Positions 38,978 through 48,135 are shown, counted from the first letter of the stretch. The stretch is 64,000 nt of DNA from Candidatus Kapaibacterium sp. (GCA_963664875.1 OY761611.1:2848001-2912000), one strand, 5' to 3'. Numbers and translations are program-made. The notes: generated from the letters alone by a model not told the origin.

Positions 38978-41900
38978 ATGTGTGCAAAAACACATCCAAC
39001 AACTAGTATTTTAATAAGTTATGATAAACTCCTTGGTAAATTTGTAGATAAGTACAATTTACCGATTTGTCTTTATGATAATAGTGCAGATGATTATCTT
39101 TGGGTAGCCCAAAACGATAAATTATCAAAAGAGTATGATAATTATTTTAATCATGTTAAAAATAACATTAAAGAGATTGTTGAGAGCGAATCCTCGCTAT
39201 TTTCATCAGGCAAACATTCTATACTACGTTATAAAACTTCGGACAACAGATTCCTAATCATTTCTGCTCCATTTTATGCGGATAATCAGATACAGATAGA
39301 TACTCCTATTGGTATTATCGAAAAAATGCCGTCATTGGAAGCTATCTCGATGGAACAGCAGGATATAGATTATATAAGTGAGAAATTTAGTTTCTTTGCA
39401 GAACTCTTAGAAGAAAATATACGACTCCGCGAAGAACTATACATAAAAAGCACACCAAAAACTGATTGGGAGCAATACGAAAATCTCCCTTTTCCTATAA
39501 TAGAAATAGATGCAACCGGCAGATTCCTAAATGCGAATCCGGTTTTCGCTCAGGATACACAACTGCCAATTAAGAATATTTTGGGTAAAAATATATCTGA
39601 TATTTTATCTCTCGAAGGTAAAAAATCGTTTGAGTTAGCTATGCCTTCAATAGCTTCTCTCGAAGCAAGAGTTATTGACTTAGAGATTCAGCTCAATACT
39701 AAAATAGTTTATTTTCGTTGCGGTTTACTAAGTCACAAAAATAACTCTTATACTTTAGGCCTAATGGACATTAGCTCTCAGCTAAAAAAAGACATAGCTC
39801 AAATCAATACCAAAAATAGAATGGAAGTGATTCTTAATTCTATTGGTGATGGAGTAATAGCCACAGATACAAAGGGTAAAATCACCGGAATGAACTCTGT
39901 AGCTGAGTATATGACCGGCTACAAAGAAGAAGAAGCTATTGGTATGGAACTTGAGCAGGTATTTAAAATTTTTAGTGCAATCTCAAAAAAACCGGTAGAT
40001 AACCCTGTCAGAAAAGTACTTGAAAATGGACAGATTGTTGGTCTTGCAAATCATACAGAGCTTATAGCAAAAGACGGTAGAGTATTTCAGATTGCTGATT
40101 CTGCAGCACCTATTAAGTTCGAAAATGATATATATGGCGTTGTCTTAGTTTTCAGTGATGTTACCGAAAACTATGCTATGCTGAAATCGCTCGAAGAAAG
40201 TGAAGTCTTTTACCGGACTCTGTTTGATAGTGCTAACGACGCAATCATTATATCCGACGAATCCGGAAAGATTGTAGATGTTAATGTCAAATCTGTTTCT
40301 ATGTTTACAAAATCCAAATCAGAATTTTTGCAGCTCAGACTTACTGATTTGTTTGATATTGATTTAGAAAAATTGCATTTAGATGGCTATGATGGAACTG
40401 TTGTCAAGGTAGAAAAAGAGTATCACAGTACACTAACCCATCAGTTGTCATTAGAATTGTCGATTTCTGCTTTTAATGTCAAAGGAGCCAAGAAATATTT
40501 GGCTGTTATCAAAGATATCAGCGACAAAAAGGAAGACGAACAAATGATTATCCGTCAAAAAGAAATGATGGAACTTATCATTGATTCGATACCTCAGTAT
40601 ATCTTTTGGAAAAATAACAATTCGGTTTATACCGGTTGCAATGCAAACTTTGCTGAATTAGCAGGCCTAAAAGACGTTAATGATATTATTGGTAGGACGG
40701 ACTACGAACTTCCTTGGCAAATGGATGAGGTTGTTTCCTTCAGAGACTATGACAAACAAGTGCTCGAACAGAAAAAAGTCATTAGCAGCATAATAAATAG
40801 ACTGACAAAAGCGGACGGCAGCCAAATAATTACTGAAACTACCAAAATCCCATTGACAAACGAAGATGGCAAAGTTATCGGTATTTTGGGAATGCTTTCT
40901 GACATAACCGAAAAACATAGATACGAAGCTACAATCAAAGAGTCTCAAGAGAAATTTAAGACAATTTTCGAACAAAGCCCTTACGGCATTTGTCATTTTG
41001 ACACTACGGGAACTATTACAGATCTAAATGGTTCGCTTATAGCTATGTTGAATCTGTCCAAAGATGAAATATTAGGTTATAATATAATCGATGATTTGAA
41101 AAACAATCAGTACGTCAGCAAACAGGCAAAAGCTGCTTTGGATAATGGAATAAGCTTTTTCAATGGCGAATTTAAAATAGTAACAGAACATCAAAACAGA
41201 CAAATCTGGGTAAAAGCTATCTTCAAGCGTCTTGGTTGTAAAGATGATGCTGCCGGCGGTATTGCTATAATAGAAGACTTCACTGACAAATACATAGCTG
41301 AAACAAAATTACGTAAAACAGAAGCTCTCCTTAGCTCTGCAATCGAATATATGGCTTCAGGTGTTGTTATCACCGATTCCAAAGGTGAATTTATCAGAGT
41401 AAATCGTGGTGCTTGTGAAATTTTGGGAGACACAGAAGATAATCTTTTGGGCAAATCTCCTTCAAATCCTTCTAAAAACTGGTGGATTTATACCCTTGAG
41501 GATAAACCATTTAATTTAGAAGAATTTCCACTTACACGGGCTATAAGAAATGGTGAAAAAACAAGAAACTTAGAGCTTTACGTTAAACGCCGCGATGGTG
41601 TGAAAAGATGGATTTTACTAAATGCTTCTCCTGTTTGGGACAGCACAGGTGCTATTATAAGTGCTGTGGTAATCTTTCAGGATATTACTGCTCGGAAACA
41701 TGCAGAAGGTCAGATACTCAAGCTCAATGAAAAGCTTGAAGATATGGTCGAATCAAGAACAGAGCAGCTCAAAGATGCTTTGGAAGAATTGCGTTACGAA
41801 GTGGACGAACGCAAACGTGCAGAAATAGAACTTTACAAAACTCAGGAAGAGCTTAGGATCTCCTACGAAGCCGAAAAAGAGCTTAACGAGTTGAAAACAA

Positions 41901-42562
41901 GATTTATCTCTATGGTTTCCCATGAGTATCGCACTCCTCTGACTGTAATCCTATCTTCAACTTATATTTTGGATCAGTTCTACCAGATGCAGGATTATCG
42001 GGGATTTTCAAAGCAGATAGATCATATTCAGAGTGCTGTGAAATCAATGACAGAAATGCTGGAAGATGTCCTTGTAATTGGCAGACAGGAATCGGGCAGA
42101 GTAGAAATTTTTAGCGAGAAATACGATATAGTTGACCTTTGCCTCGAGATTAAAGATCAAATGGAAGCACTTTTCAAAGGTGAGCACGATATTGTTATCG
42201 ACTCGTCATCGCCGAAGGTTTATGTTAGAACAGACAGCAAAATTTTGTTGCATATACTAAACAATCTGGCTTCTAATGCCTGCAAATATTCTCCAAAGGC
42301 AGAAAGCGTTAGAATAAAAATTCGTGAATCCGAAGAAGAAATCTCAGTAGCAATAATTGATAAAGGCATAGGCATACCTGAGAAAGAGCAGAAATCAGTC
42401 TTCGAACCATTTTTCAGAAGCCATAATATAGGTACAATCCCGGGCACCGGCTTGGGGCTTGCCATCGTAAAACGATTTGTGGATATGCTTGATGCGAGAC
42501 TTACTTTGCAAAGTAAAGAGCACGAAGGTTCAACTTTTACTTTGTTCCTCAAGAAAAATTAA
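38978..42562 (+). CDS. Cytoplasmic multi-PAS (about six) sensor histidine kinase
   Basis: PAS starts NLPFPIIEID, NSIGDGVIATD, DSANDAIIISD, DSIPQYIFWK, EQSPYGICHFD, EYMASGVVITD; SHEYRTPL, NACKYS, DKGIG, GTGLGL. Confidence 0.92.
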   Translation: MCAKTHPTTSILISYDKLLGKFVDKYNLPICLYDNSADDYLWVAQNDKLSKEYDNYFNHVKNNIKEIVESESSLFSSGKHSILRYKTSDNRFLIISAPFYADNQIQIDTPIGIIEKMPSLEAISMEQQDIDYISEKFSFFAELLEENIRLREELYIKSTPKTDWEQYENLPFPIIEIDATGRFLNANPVFAQDTQLPIKNILGKNISDILSLEGKKSFELAMPSIASLEARVIDLEIQLNTKIVYFRCGLLSHKNNSYTLGLMDISSQLKKDIAQINTKNRMEVILNSIGDGVIATDTKGKITGMNSVAEYMTGYKEEEAIGMELEQVFKIFSAISKKPVDNPVRKVLENGQIVGLANHTELIAKDGRVFQIADSAAPIKFENDIYGVVLVFSDVTENYAMLKSLEESEVFYRTLFDSANDAIIISDESGKIVDVNVKSVSMFTKSKSEFLQLRLTDLFDIDLEKLHLDGYDGTVVKVEKEYHSTLTHQLSLELSISAFNVKGAKKYLAVIKDISDKKEDEQMIIRQKEMMELIIDSIPQYIFWKNNNSVYTGCNANFAELAGLKDVNDIIGRTDYELPWQMDEVVSFRDYDKQVLEQKKVISSIINRLTKADGSQIITETTKIPLTNEDGKVIGILGMLSDITEKHRYEATIKESQEKFKTIFEQSPYGICHFDTTGTITDLNGSLIAMLNLSKDEILGYNIIDDLKNNQYVSKQAKAALDNGISFFNGEFKIVTEHQNRQIWVKAIFKRLGCKDDAAGGIAIIEDFTDKYIAETKLRKTEALLSSAIEYMASGVVITDSKGEFIRVNRGACEILGDTEDNLLGKSPSNPSKNWWIYTLEDKPFNLEEFPLTRAIRNGEKTRNLELYVKRRDGVKRWILLNASPVWDSTGAIISAVVIFQDITARKHAEGQILKLNEKLEDMVESRTEQLKDALEELRYEVDERKRAEIELYKTQEELRISYEAEKELNELKTRFISMVSHEYRTPLTVILSSTYILDQFYQMQDYRGFSKQIDHIQSAVKSMTEMLEDVLVIGRQESGRVEIFSEKYDIVDLCLEIKDQMEALFKGEHDIVIDSSSPKVYVRTDSKILLHILNNLASNACKYSPKAESVRIKIRESEEEISVAIIDKGIGIPEKEQKSVFEPFFRSHNIGTIPGTGLGLAIVKRFVDMLDARLTLQSKEHEGSTFTLFLKKN

Positions 42563-42627
42563 AAATTGCGAAAGTGGGAAGATTCTTGTCTTTTTTATTT
42601 GATTTAGGGCAAATCTCCCACCTGCAT

Positions 42628-43263
42628 TTAGATTTTACTGAGTTTACCCACAATTACCCCCAATATTTGTAAGTCGCGTTCCAAATCTCCATTTATCACA
42701 GAAAAACCTTTTCCGGCAGGATGAAGTTCATATCCAAAAAGATTGCTTACATACTCACGTATGATATATCGTTCGCCTATTTTTACAGCTACTAGATTGC
42801 CATTTTCAGGAGTAATAGCTTTATCAGCTATAACAACATCTCCCGGGTTTAATCCTTTCAGCAACATAGATTTATCTATCACAAAAAGAGCCACTGCTTC
42901 TTCTGAAATTCCGAAAAATGCTTTATCTACAGCAAGGGCTGTTTCAGTAAACTCTTTTGGCGTATTGAAGATTTTTAGCCCTTCGGTTTGATTTATAGCC
43001 ACTTCTTCAGTAGTTTTTCTACCGGCTTTTTTGATTATTTTAATACCTCTCGAGGCACCCTTGGCAATTCTTTTAATATATCCTTTCTTTTCGAGTACAG
43101 TAAGTACCTGATGTACGCCATTCGTAGAAGCGAAACCAAATTCATTGCAAATATCTTTGATAGTAGGAGGCATATTGTCGCGCTTAATCACGCGTTTGAT
43201 ATAGTCGAGTATCTCTTTCTGCCTGTCTGTGAGCTGGTTTTTGTTTTTTCTTCCAACAGCCAT
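42628..43263 (-). CDS. lexA: LexA-like repressor with degenerate S24 peptidase domain
   Basis: LTDRQKEILDYI...PPTIKDIC..FGFASTNGV...LEKKGYI...SRGI winged helix; C-terminal SM...GD...NG..V fold, but no Ala-Gly cleavage site and Arg at the catalytic Lys position. Confidence 0.8.
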   Translation of the reverse strand: MAVGRKNKNQLTDRQKEILDYIKRVIKRDNMPPTIKDICNEFGFASTNGVHQVLTVLEKKGYIKRIAKGASRGIKIIKKAGRKTTEEVAINQTEGLKIFNTPKEFTETALAVDKAFFGISEEAVALFVIDKSMLLKGLNPGDVVIADKAITPENGNLVAVKIGERYIIREYVSNLFGYELHPAGKGFSVINGDLERDLQILGVIVGKLSKI

Positions 43264-43334
43264 TTTATTGCTTCCGCTATGTGAAATAGATTGATATTTA
43301 TTATAAAGACGCATTAGGTTCTGAAAGAGTATTC

Positions 43335-43351
43335 AGTAAAAATTGTGCCAA
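43335..43351 (-). promoter_or_regulatory. sigma54-like motif upstream of the LexA-like gene
   Basis: Minus strand TTGGCACAATTTTTACT (GG-N10-AC). Confidence 0.45.
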
Positions 43352-43505
43352 AAATCCTACCCATTATTGCAATATTTTCATAAGTAAAATATGTAAAAAA
43401 ATAATATTGACAATAGAAATAATGAAATTGCCGATTATGCAAAAAAATGAGACATATTGGAGTGGATAAGTATTTTTCAAAAAACGTAAAAACTTTTTTT
43501 CCTAT

Positions 43506-43554
43506 AAAGTGGTGATTTGTGTTATTTGCATACATCAAAGTGGGAGAAAGTGGG
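43506..43554 (+). promoter_or_regulatory. MraZ operator direct repeats
   Basis: AAAGTGGGAG-AAAGTGGG with 10-bp period (43537-43554) plus AAAGTGG at 43506, upstream of mraZ; matches known GTGG(G) MraZ boxes. Confidence 0.8.
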
Positions 43555-43614
43555 TAATGTTCCCATGATAATTCCAAACTATGCCGGCTAAAAAACAAAT
43601 TTGACAATCTGACT

Positions 43615-44061
43615 ATGGCTTTTTTTAAAGGACAAGAACTTTACTCTATGGATAGTAAAGGGAGGGTCAATATACCTGCAAAAATGCGTAAAGGTATATC
43701 GCCCGAAGCCAATGGCACCTTTACTGTTACACGTGGTAAGGATAAGTGTATCGAAGCTTATCCTCTCGACGAATGGAAGAAGTACGAAGAAAAGTTCGAA
43801 GCCCTCAATCAATACGATCCGCAGAACAGACGCTTCCTAAGGATGATATTGATGTGGTCAGAAGAAGTCAATTTGGATAGTCAGCAGCGAATTACTGTTC
43901 CAAAAAAATTGTTGGAATACGCAGGCATCAACAGCAAAGTGTTGATTTGCGGTATGGGTGATCATATTGAATTATGGGATCCTGACGAGTTTGACAAATA
44001 CTTAGATAGTGAAGATATTAGCTACGAAGAAGTTTCCGGTACTGTGATGGGCGAAGAGTAA
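43615..44061 (+). CDS. mraZ: Transcriptional regulator MraZ
   Basis: DSKGRVNIPAK, LDSQQRITVP, GMGDHIELW. Confidence 0.96.
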   Translation: MAFFKGQELYSMDSKGRVNIPAKMRKGISPEANGTFTVTRGKDKCIEAYPLDEWKKYEEKFEALNQYDPQNRRFLRMILMWSEEVNLDSQQRITVPKKLLEYAGINSKVLICGMGDHIELWDPDEFDKYLDSEDISYEEVSGTVMGEE

Positions 44062-45071
44062 TGAGCAAAAAGAAAGCATCACAGCACAAGTCAGGCAGGA
44101 CGCGAATAGACAAAAGCATGGCGGCAGAGTATAATTACCATTTGCCGGTAATGCTCAAGGAAACAATCGATTTTCTGGTTACAGACACCAATGGTATTTA
44201 TATAGACGGAACGCTCGGAGGTGGTGGGCATGCGGCCGAGATTTTGCAAAGGATAGATTCTGGGGGGAAACTATACGCCTTTGACAAACACAGCACTGCT
44301 ATCGAGCATTGTAATGCAAGATTTGCTGAAGAACTCATAAGAGGAACTTCGAGTCGTCTCCGTTTATATAATTACTGCTATTCGGAAGTCTGCAACTTTG
44401 ATGAAATTAGGGGGCAAATATCAGGTCTCTTGTTGGATCTTGGCGTTTCCTCAAAGCAGTTAGACACAGACTCTCTCGGACTTAGCTACAGAGTGGATTC
44501 CAAACTCGATATGAGATTTGGAGATACTGGTTTGACAGCAGGAGACCTGTTATATTCCGTTTCCGAAGATGAACTAATCGAGATACTCCGCAATTATGGC
44601 GAAGAGCCTATGGCTCGCAGAATAGCCAAAGCCATTATTCTCAAACGCAATGCTAACTCAATGAATACTACGTTCGATCTACGAGCGGCAGTAGAGTCAT
44701 GTGTGCCGACCGCACTCCATTTTAAAGCAATGTCGCGTGTATTCCAGGCTATTCGCATAGCAGTCAATCAGGAACTAAAGGTGCTGGAAGATACTTTGAA
44801 AGGAATAATTCCTATGTTGGCACCGGGCGGAAGAATAGTAATTTTATCATACCACTCTTTAGAAGACAGAATAGTAAAAAGTATATTCAAAGAATATTCA
44901 AAAAAAATAAAAGTCAACAAACAACATCCCGACTACAACAAAGAAGGCAACTTGCCACCTCTAACCTTGCTTACTCCTAAGCCTATGCTTCCGAGCGAGC
45001 AAGAAATCCAAATCAACCCACGAGCAAGAAGTGCGAAGCTCAGAGTAGCAGAGAAGACTGTGGTGGAGTGA
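44061..45071 (+). CDS. rsmH: 16S rRNA m4C1402 methyltransferase RsmH
   Basis: HLPVM, DGTLGGGGH, DLGVSS.QLD, FQAIRIAVNQE, SYHSLEDR, NPRARSAKLR. Confidence 0.97.
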   Translation: MSKKKASQHKSGRTRIDKSMAAEYNYHLPVMLKETIDFLVTDTNGIYIDGTLGGGGHAAEILQRIDSGGKLYAFDKHSTAIEHCNARFAEELIRGTSSRLRLYNYCYSEVCNFDEIRGQISGLLLDLGVSSKQLDTDSLGLSYRVDSKLDMRFGDTGLTAGDLLYSVSEDELIEILRNYGEEPMARRIAKAIILKRNANSMNTTFDLRAAVESCVPTALHFKAMSRVFQAIRIAVNQELKVLEDTLKGIIPMLAPGGRIVILSYHSLEDRIVKSIFKEYSKKIKVNKQHPDYNKEGNLPPLTLLTPKPMLPSEQEIQINPRARSAKLRVAEKTVVE

Positions 45072-45255
45072 CGATTACTTCGATACTTCGACAAACTCAA
45101 TACATCTCCTGCTTTTCTCGCTCAGTGATTCTAGATAGTGGCGTTTTTTTGCCGAAAGCTACATCTTATTAAACTTAAATACTGTAAATAATGCCTTATT
45201 GTGTGCTCGTCTCGTTAGTCAAAAATTACATCTTATTATTAAATTATGAGAGTTT

Positions 45256-45284
45256 TGCCGCAAGCTAAAGCATGCGGTTGCACT
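45256..45284. repeat. REP-like palindrome, left copy
   Basis: TGCCGCAAGCTAAAGCATGCGGTTGCACT; internal hairpin CCGCA-A-GC(TAAA)GC-A-TGCGG; exact reverse complement of 45876-45904. Confidence 0.9.
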
Positions 45285-45379
45285 GTAGATACAATTTATG
45301 TCTATTTGAACCATCTCATATTTTAGCTATGAAGGAAACTATAGTATATCTTTTTGTACAAATTTTGTGAATTGTTAAT

Positions 45380-45865
45380 ATGGTACAAAAAAACAAGATA
45401 TGGCATGTGACCTGGGTTACTCGTAATAGTAGAATTAGCGAAAGGATGACTCTATATAAGGTTAAGCTTGAAAATCCAGTCATACTCACTGATGAAATGC
45501 GTAATATTATTGTAGAAAGTATCAAACGAAAAACACAAGAAGAAGCATTGGAAATCTATGCTTTTAATGTACTACTTGATCATGTCCATATTCTTATTAA
45601 ATCATCTGAAACTGAATTTGAAGAAATTGTTCGTAAATTAAAAGGGTATTCTTCTTATCAAATATCCAAAACTCTGGGTTACACATTAAAAAGTCAAGGA
45701 AAGCAGACAAAAATATGGGCTAAAAGCTTCAGCAAAACTTTAATCAGAGATATGAACCATCTTGGTGAATCGGTAAACTATATAAAAAACAATCACCTAA
45801 AACATGGTGTTTCTCAATGTAAAGCACTCTCTGTGTTCTCTCCAAGTACAATAAAGCAGTATTAA
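45380..45865 (+). CDS. IS200/IS605-superfamily Y1 HUH transposase, RAYT-like
   Basis: WHVTWVT, DHVHIL (HUH), LKGYSS, IWAKSF, NYIKNN (catalytic Tyr). Confidence 0.88.
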   Translation: MVQKNKIWHVTWVTRNSRISERMTLYKVKLENPVILTDEMRNIIVESIKRKTQEEALEIYAFNVLLDHVHILIKSSETEFEEIVRKLKGYSSYQISKTLGYTLKSQGKQTKIWAKSFSKTLIRDMNHLGESVNYIKNNHLKHGVSQCKALSVFSPSTIKQY

Positions 45866-45875
45866 ATTATATGAG

Positions 45876-45904
45876 AGTGCAACCGCATGCTTTAGCTTGC
45901 GGCA
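45876..45904. repeat. REP-like palindrome, right copy
   Basis: AGTGCAACCGCATGCTTTAGCTTGCGGCA, 10 bp after the transposase stop. Confidence 0.9.
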
Positions 45905-45962
45905 TTTTTAACTACTGATTTTTTTACTTGCTATTAACAATATTTTTACATATTTTTACTTC

Positions 45963-46037
45963 CAGCGATTAAGATTTCCGAACGGGTTTTGCGTATATTT
46001 AGCAGCACTAATTAGCACGAGCCTGTTCGGTTTTTTT
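45963..46037 (+). ncRNA. Candidate ~75-nt small RNA or terminated leader
   Basis: TTGCTA-17-TATTTT promoter (45928-45956), then stem CCGAACGGGT/GCCTGTTCGG (45978-46030) followed by T7; no ORF. Confidence 0.45.
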
Positions 46038-46256
46038 ATTTTGCCCTCAAAATGTCTATACTTTTAGTCAAATCTGGTTTATTCATTATTCCGGTTTATT
46101 GCTGAAAGTTACCGATATATCCTATCACATTCGATGTTTTTAATGCCAACGATTTATTACCGAGATTAGACTTTCGTATCTTATGATTTCTAAGAAAAGC
46201 TAAGAAAGATAAATTTGTATTTGTTATCAAACTGTATTATATATCACATTATTCAA

Positions 46257-46994
46257 ATGACAGATGAGAATCAAATGCACACAAAGCTGACTGCAAACTC
46301 AGAAGTATCTGCACATCAGGCAGACTACCTAAGACGCTTAAAACTTAGTAGTTTCTTTGATATAATGCAGGACGGAGCATACAAAAATGCTGACGATTAT
46401 GGCTATGGTTTTTACGATATGGACGACAAGGGTCTCGTATGGGTCATTTCAAGAATCAAAGTAATCTGGGAGAATGACGCATACTTTGAAGACTCGCTCA
46501 AATTTTCTACTTGGGCAAAAGGTCTTGAGCGCCTATTTTTTAAGCGTGACTATGTTTTGGAATCTCAAGGAAAAACTATAGCAAAAGCCACAGCGTTGTG
46601 GCTGATTATTGATGAAAAAACTCGCCGGCCTCAAAGACCCAATGTTATAACGGATTACCAAACTAAATTCATAGACGAAAGTGCAATAGACGAAATTCCT
46701 CGCAAGATTGACATCATAGAAGATACTGAATTCGTTTTTACTAAATCAGTAAGGCATTGCGATATTGATATCAATGGTCACATGAACAACGAAAGATACG
46801 TAGAACTTGCATTAGATGCCCTTCCAAAGGAGCATTTCGAGAGAAAGCTAAAAACATTCGAGATAGAATTTAAACAGGAATGTAACTTTGGGGACGAACT
46901 TATATTAACCCGAAAAATTTTCGACAATTCTGTTTATGTTAGAGCGTGTAATGACTTAGGGGAATGCGTTTTTGCATCAATATTTGAGTTTTAA
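46257..46994 (+). CDS. Acyl-ACP thioesterase
   Basis: WVISR, RRPQR, DIDINGHMNNERY; double hotdog fold. Confidence 0.9.
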   Translation: MTDENQMHTKLTANSEVSAHQADYLRRLKLSSFFDIMQDGAYKNADDYGYGFYDMDDKGLVWVISRIKVIWENDAYFEDSLKFSTWAKGLERLFFKRDYVLESQGKTIAKATALWLIIDEKTRRPQRPNVITDYQTKFIDESAIDEIPRKIDIIEDTEFVFTKSVRHCDIDINGHMNNERYVELALDALPKEHFERKLKTFEIEFKQECNFGDELILTRKIFDNSVYVRACNDLGECVFASIFEF

Positions 46995-47066
46995 GAAGTA
47001 AAGTTTGGTACAATCCTAAAAAAATAATTACACAGTTTGATAAACTTTTAACAAAATCACACGCAC

Positions 47067-48026
47067 ATGAAAAGAATCGGTATTTTGACAAGTGGGGGCG
47101 ACGCTCCCGGAATGAATGCTCATGTAAGAGCGGTCGTTCGTACTGCTCTTGCTCGGGGAGTTGAAGTCTATGGAATTATAGGCGGTTACTCAGGCATGAT
47201 TGAGGGCAATTTCGAAAAGCTCGGCAGAAAAGAAACTGCCAATATTATTGCTCGCGGTGGCACTATCCTTAAAACAAGCCGCTCCAAAGAATTTATGAAT
47301 GCCGGCGGACGTGCAGCAGCCGCTGACAGTATTCGTGAGGCAGGTATCGAAGGTATTATCGCTTGCGGCGGTAATGGAACATTGCAGGGTGCTCACGCGC
47401 TTTGGGAAGAGCACGGCATTCCGATTGTCGGCACTCCCGGCACTATTGATAACGACCTTTACGGAACATACTATACTATCGGCTATGATACTGCTCTTAA
47501 CACAGCTGCAGAAGCAATTGACCGAATTCGTGACACTGCTGATTCGCATGGTCGTGTTTTCTTAATTGAAGTAATGGGCAGACATGCCGGCTTTATAGCA
47601 ATGGATGTTGGTATCGCCACGGGAGCTGAGTTCATAGCAGTTCCTGAGTCACTAACTAATATGGATACACTCTATCAGCGAATACTCAAGCAAGGCAAGA
47701 CACGAAGAACTATCGTTATCGTTGGTGAAGGTGACGAAAACGGAGGAGCCACTAAAATGGGGCAAATTCTTCAGGAAAAATATGATATCAATCCGAAAGT
47801 AACAATACTAGGGCATATCCAACGTGGTGGCAGCCCAACTGTTAGAGACAGAGTTCTCGCAAGCCACCTTGGAGTAGAAGCAGTAAATGCCCTTTTAGAC
47901 GGTAAAACAGATGTAATGATTGGCAGAAAATATCACGAAATCCAATATACCCCTCTAAAAGATACCTGGACGAAGAAAAAAGAGCTTTGGAAGTATCTAA
48001 TCGATCTTTCCGATATGTTAATATAA
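47067..48026 (+). CDS. pfkA: ATP-dependent 6-phosphofructokinase
   Basis: LTSGGDAPGMNA, GGTIL, PGTIDND, EVMGR, LGHIQRGG. Confidence 0.97.
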   Translation: MKRIGILTSGGDAPGMNAHVRAVVRTALARGVEVYGIIGGYSGMIEGNFEKLGRKETANIIARGGTILKTSRSKEFMNAGGRAAAADSIREAGIEGIIACGGNGTLQGAHALWEEHGIPIVGTPGTIDNDLYGTYYTIGYDTALNTAAEAIDRIRDTADSHGRVFLIEVMGRHAGFIAMDVGIATGAEFIAVPESLTNMDTLYQRILKQGKTRRTIVIVGEGDENGGATKMGQILQEKYDINPKVTILGHIQRGGSPTVRDRVLASHLGVEAVNALLDGKTDVMIGRKYHEIQYTPLKDTWTKKKELWKYLIDLSDMLI

Positions 48027-48048
48027 CAACGTACATCAGTAGTTTATT

Positions 48049-48086
48049 GCTCTCTATTCTAATTTGCAGGATAGGGAGTTTTTTTT
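48049..48086 (+). terminator. Intrinsic terminator of pfkA
   Basis: ctctctattct/aggatagggag hairpin followed by T8. Confidence 0.75.
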
Positions 48087-48106
48087 GTGAGAAAAAGTAA
48101 TTTATA

Positions 48107-48135
48107 TTGTTTATTAAAATATTTTTTAATACTTT
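48107..48135 (+). promoter_or_regulatory. Candidate sigma70 promoter of the small-peptide gene
   Basis: TTGTTT-17 bp-TACTTT; predicted start near 48141. Confidence 0.45.

Larger units (their letters stand above)
45256..45904 (+). mobile_element. REPtron-like element: HUH transposase between inverted REP-like repeats
   Basis: Perfect 29-bp inverted repeats bracket a Y1 HUH transposase. Confidence 0.8.

Noticed and set aside
42571-42622. AAAGTGGGA MraZ-like box downstream of the kinase
   Set aside because: Single copy forming one arm of an imperfect inverted repeat (GTGGGAAGATT/AATCTCCCAC) between convergent genes; more likely a terminator-type stem.
43314-43607. 97-aa minus-strand ORF in the lexA-mraZ intergenic region
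   Set aside because: Phe/Tyr-rich translation of AT-rich promoter DNA overlapping the MraZ boxes.
45380-46200. IS605/IS200 element with TnpB or omega-RNA
   Set aside because: No TnpB/IscB ORF or remnant seen; the flanks are inverted identical palindromes, which fits a REPtron better.
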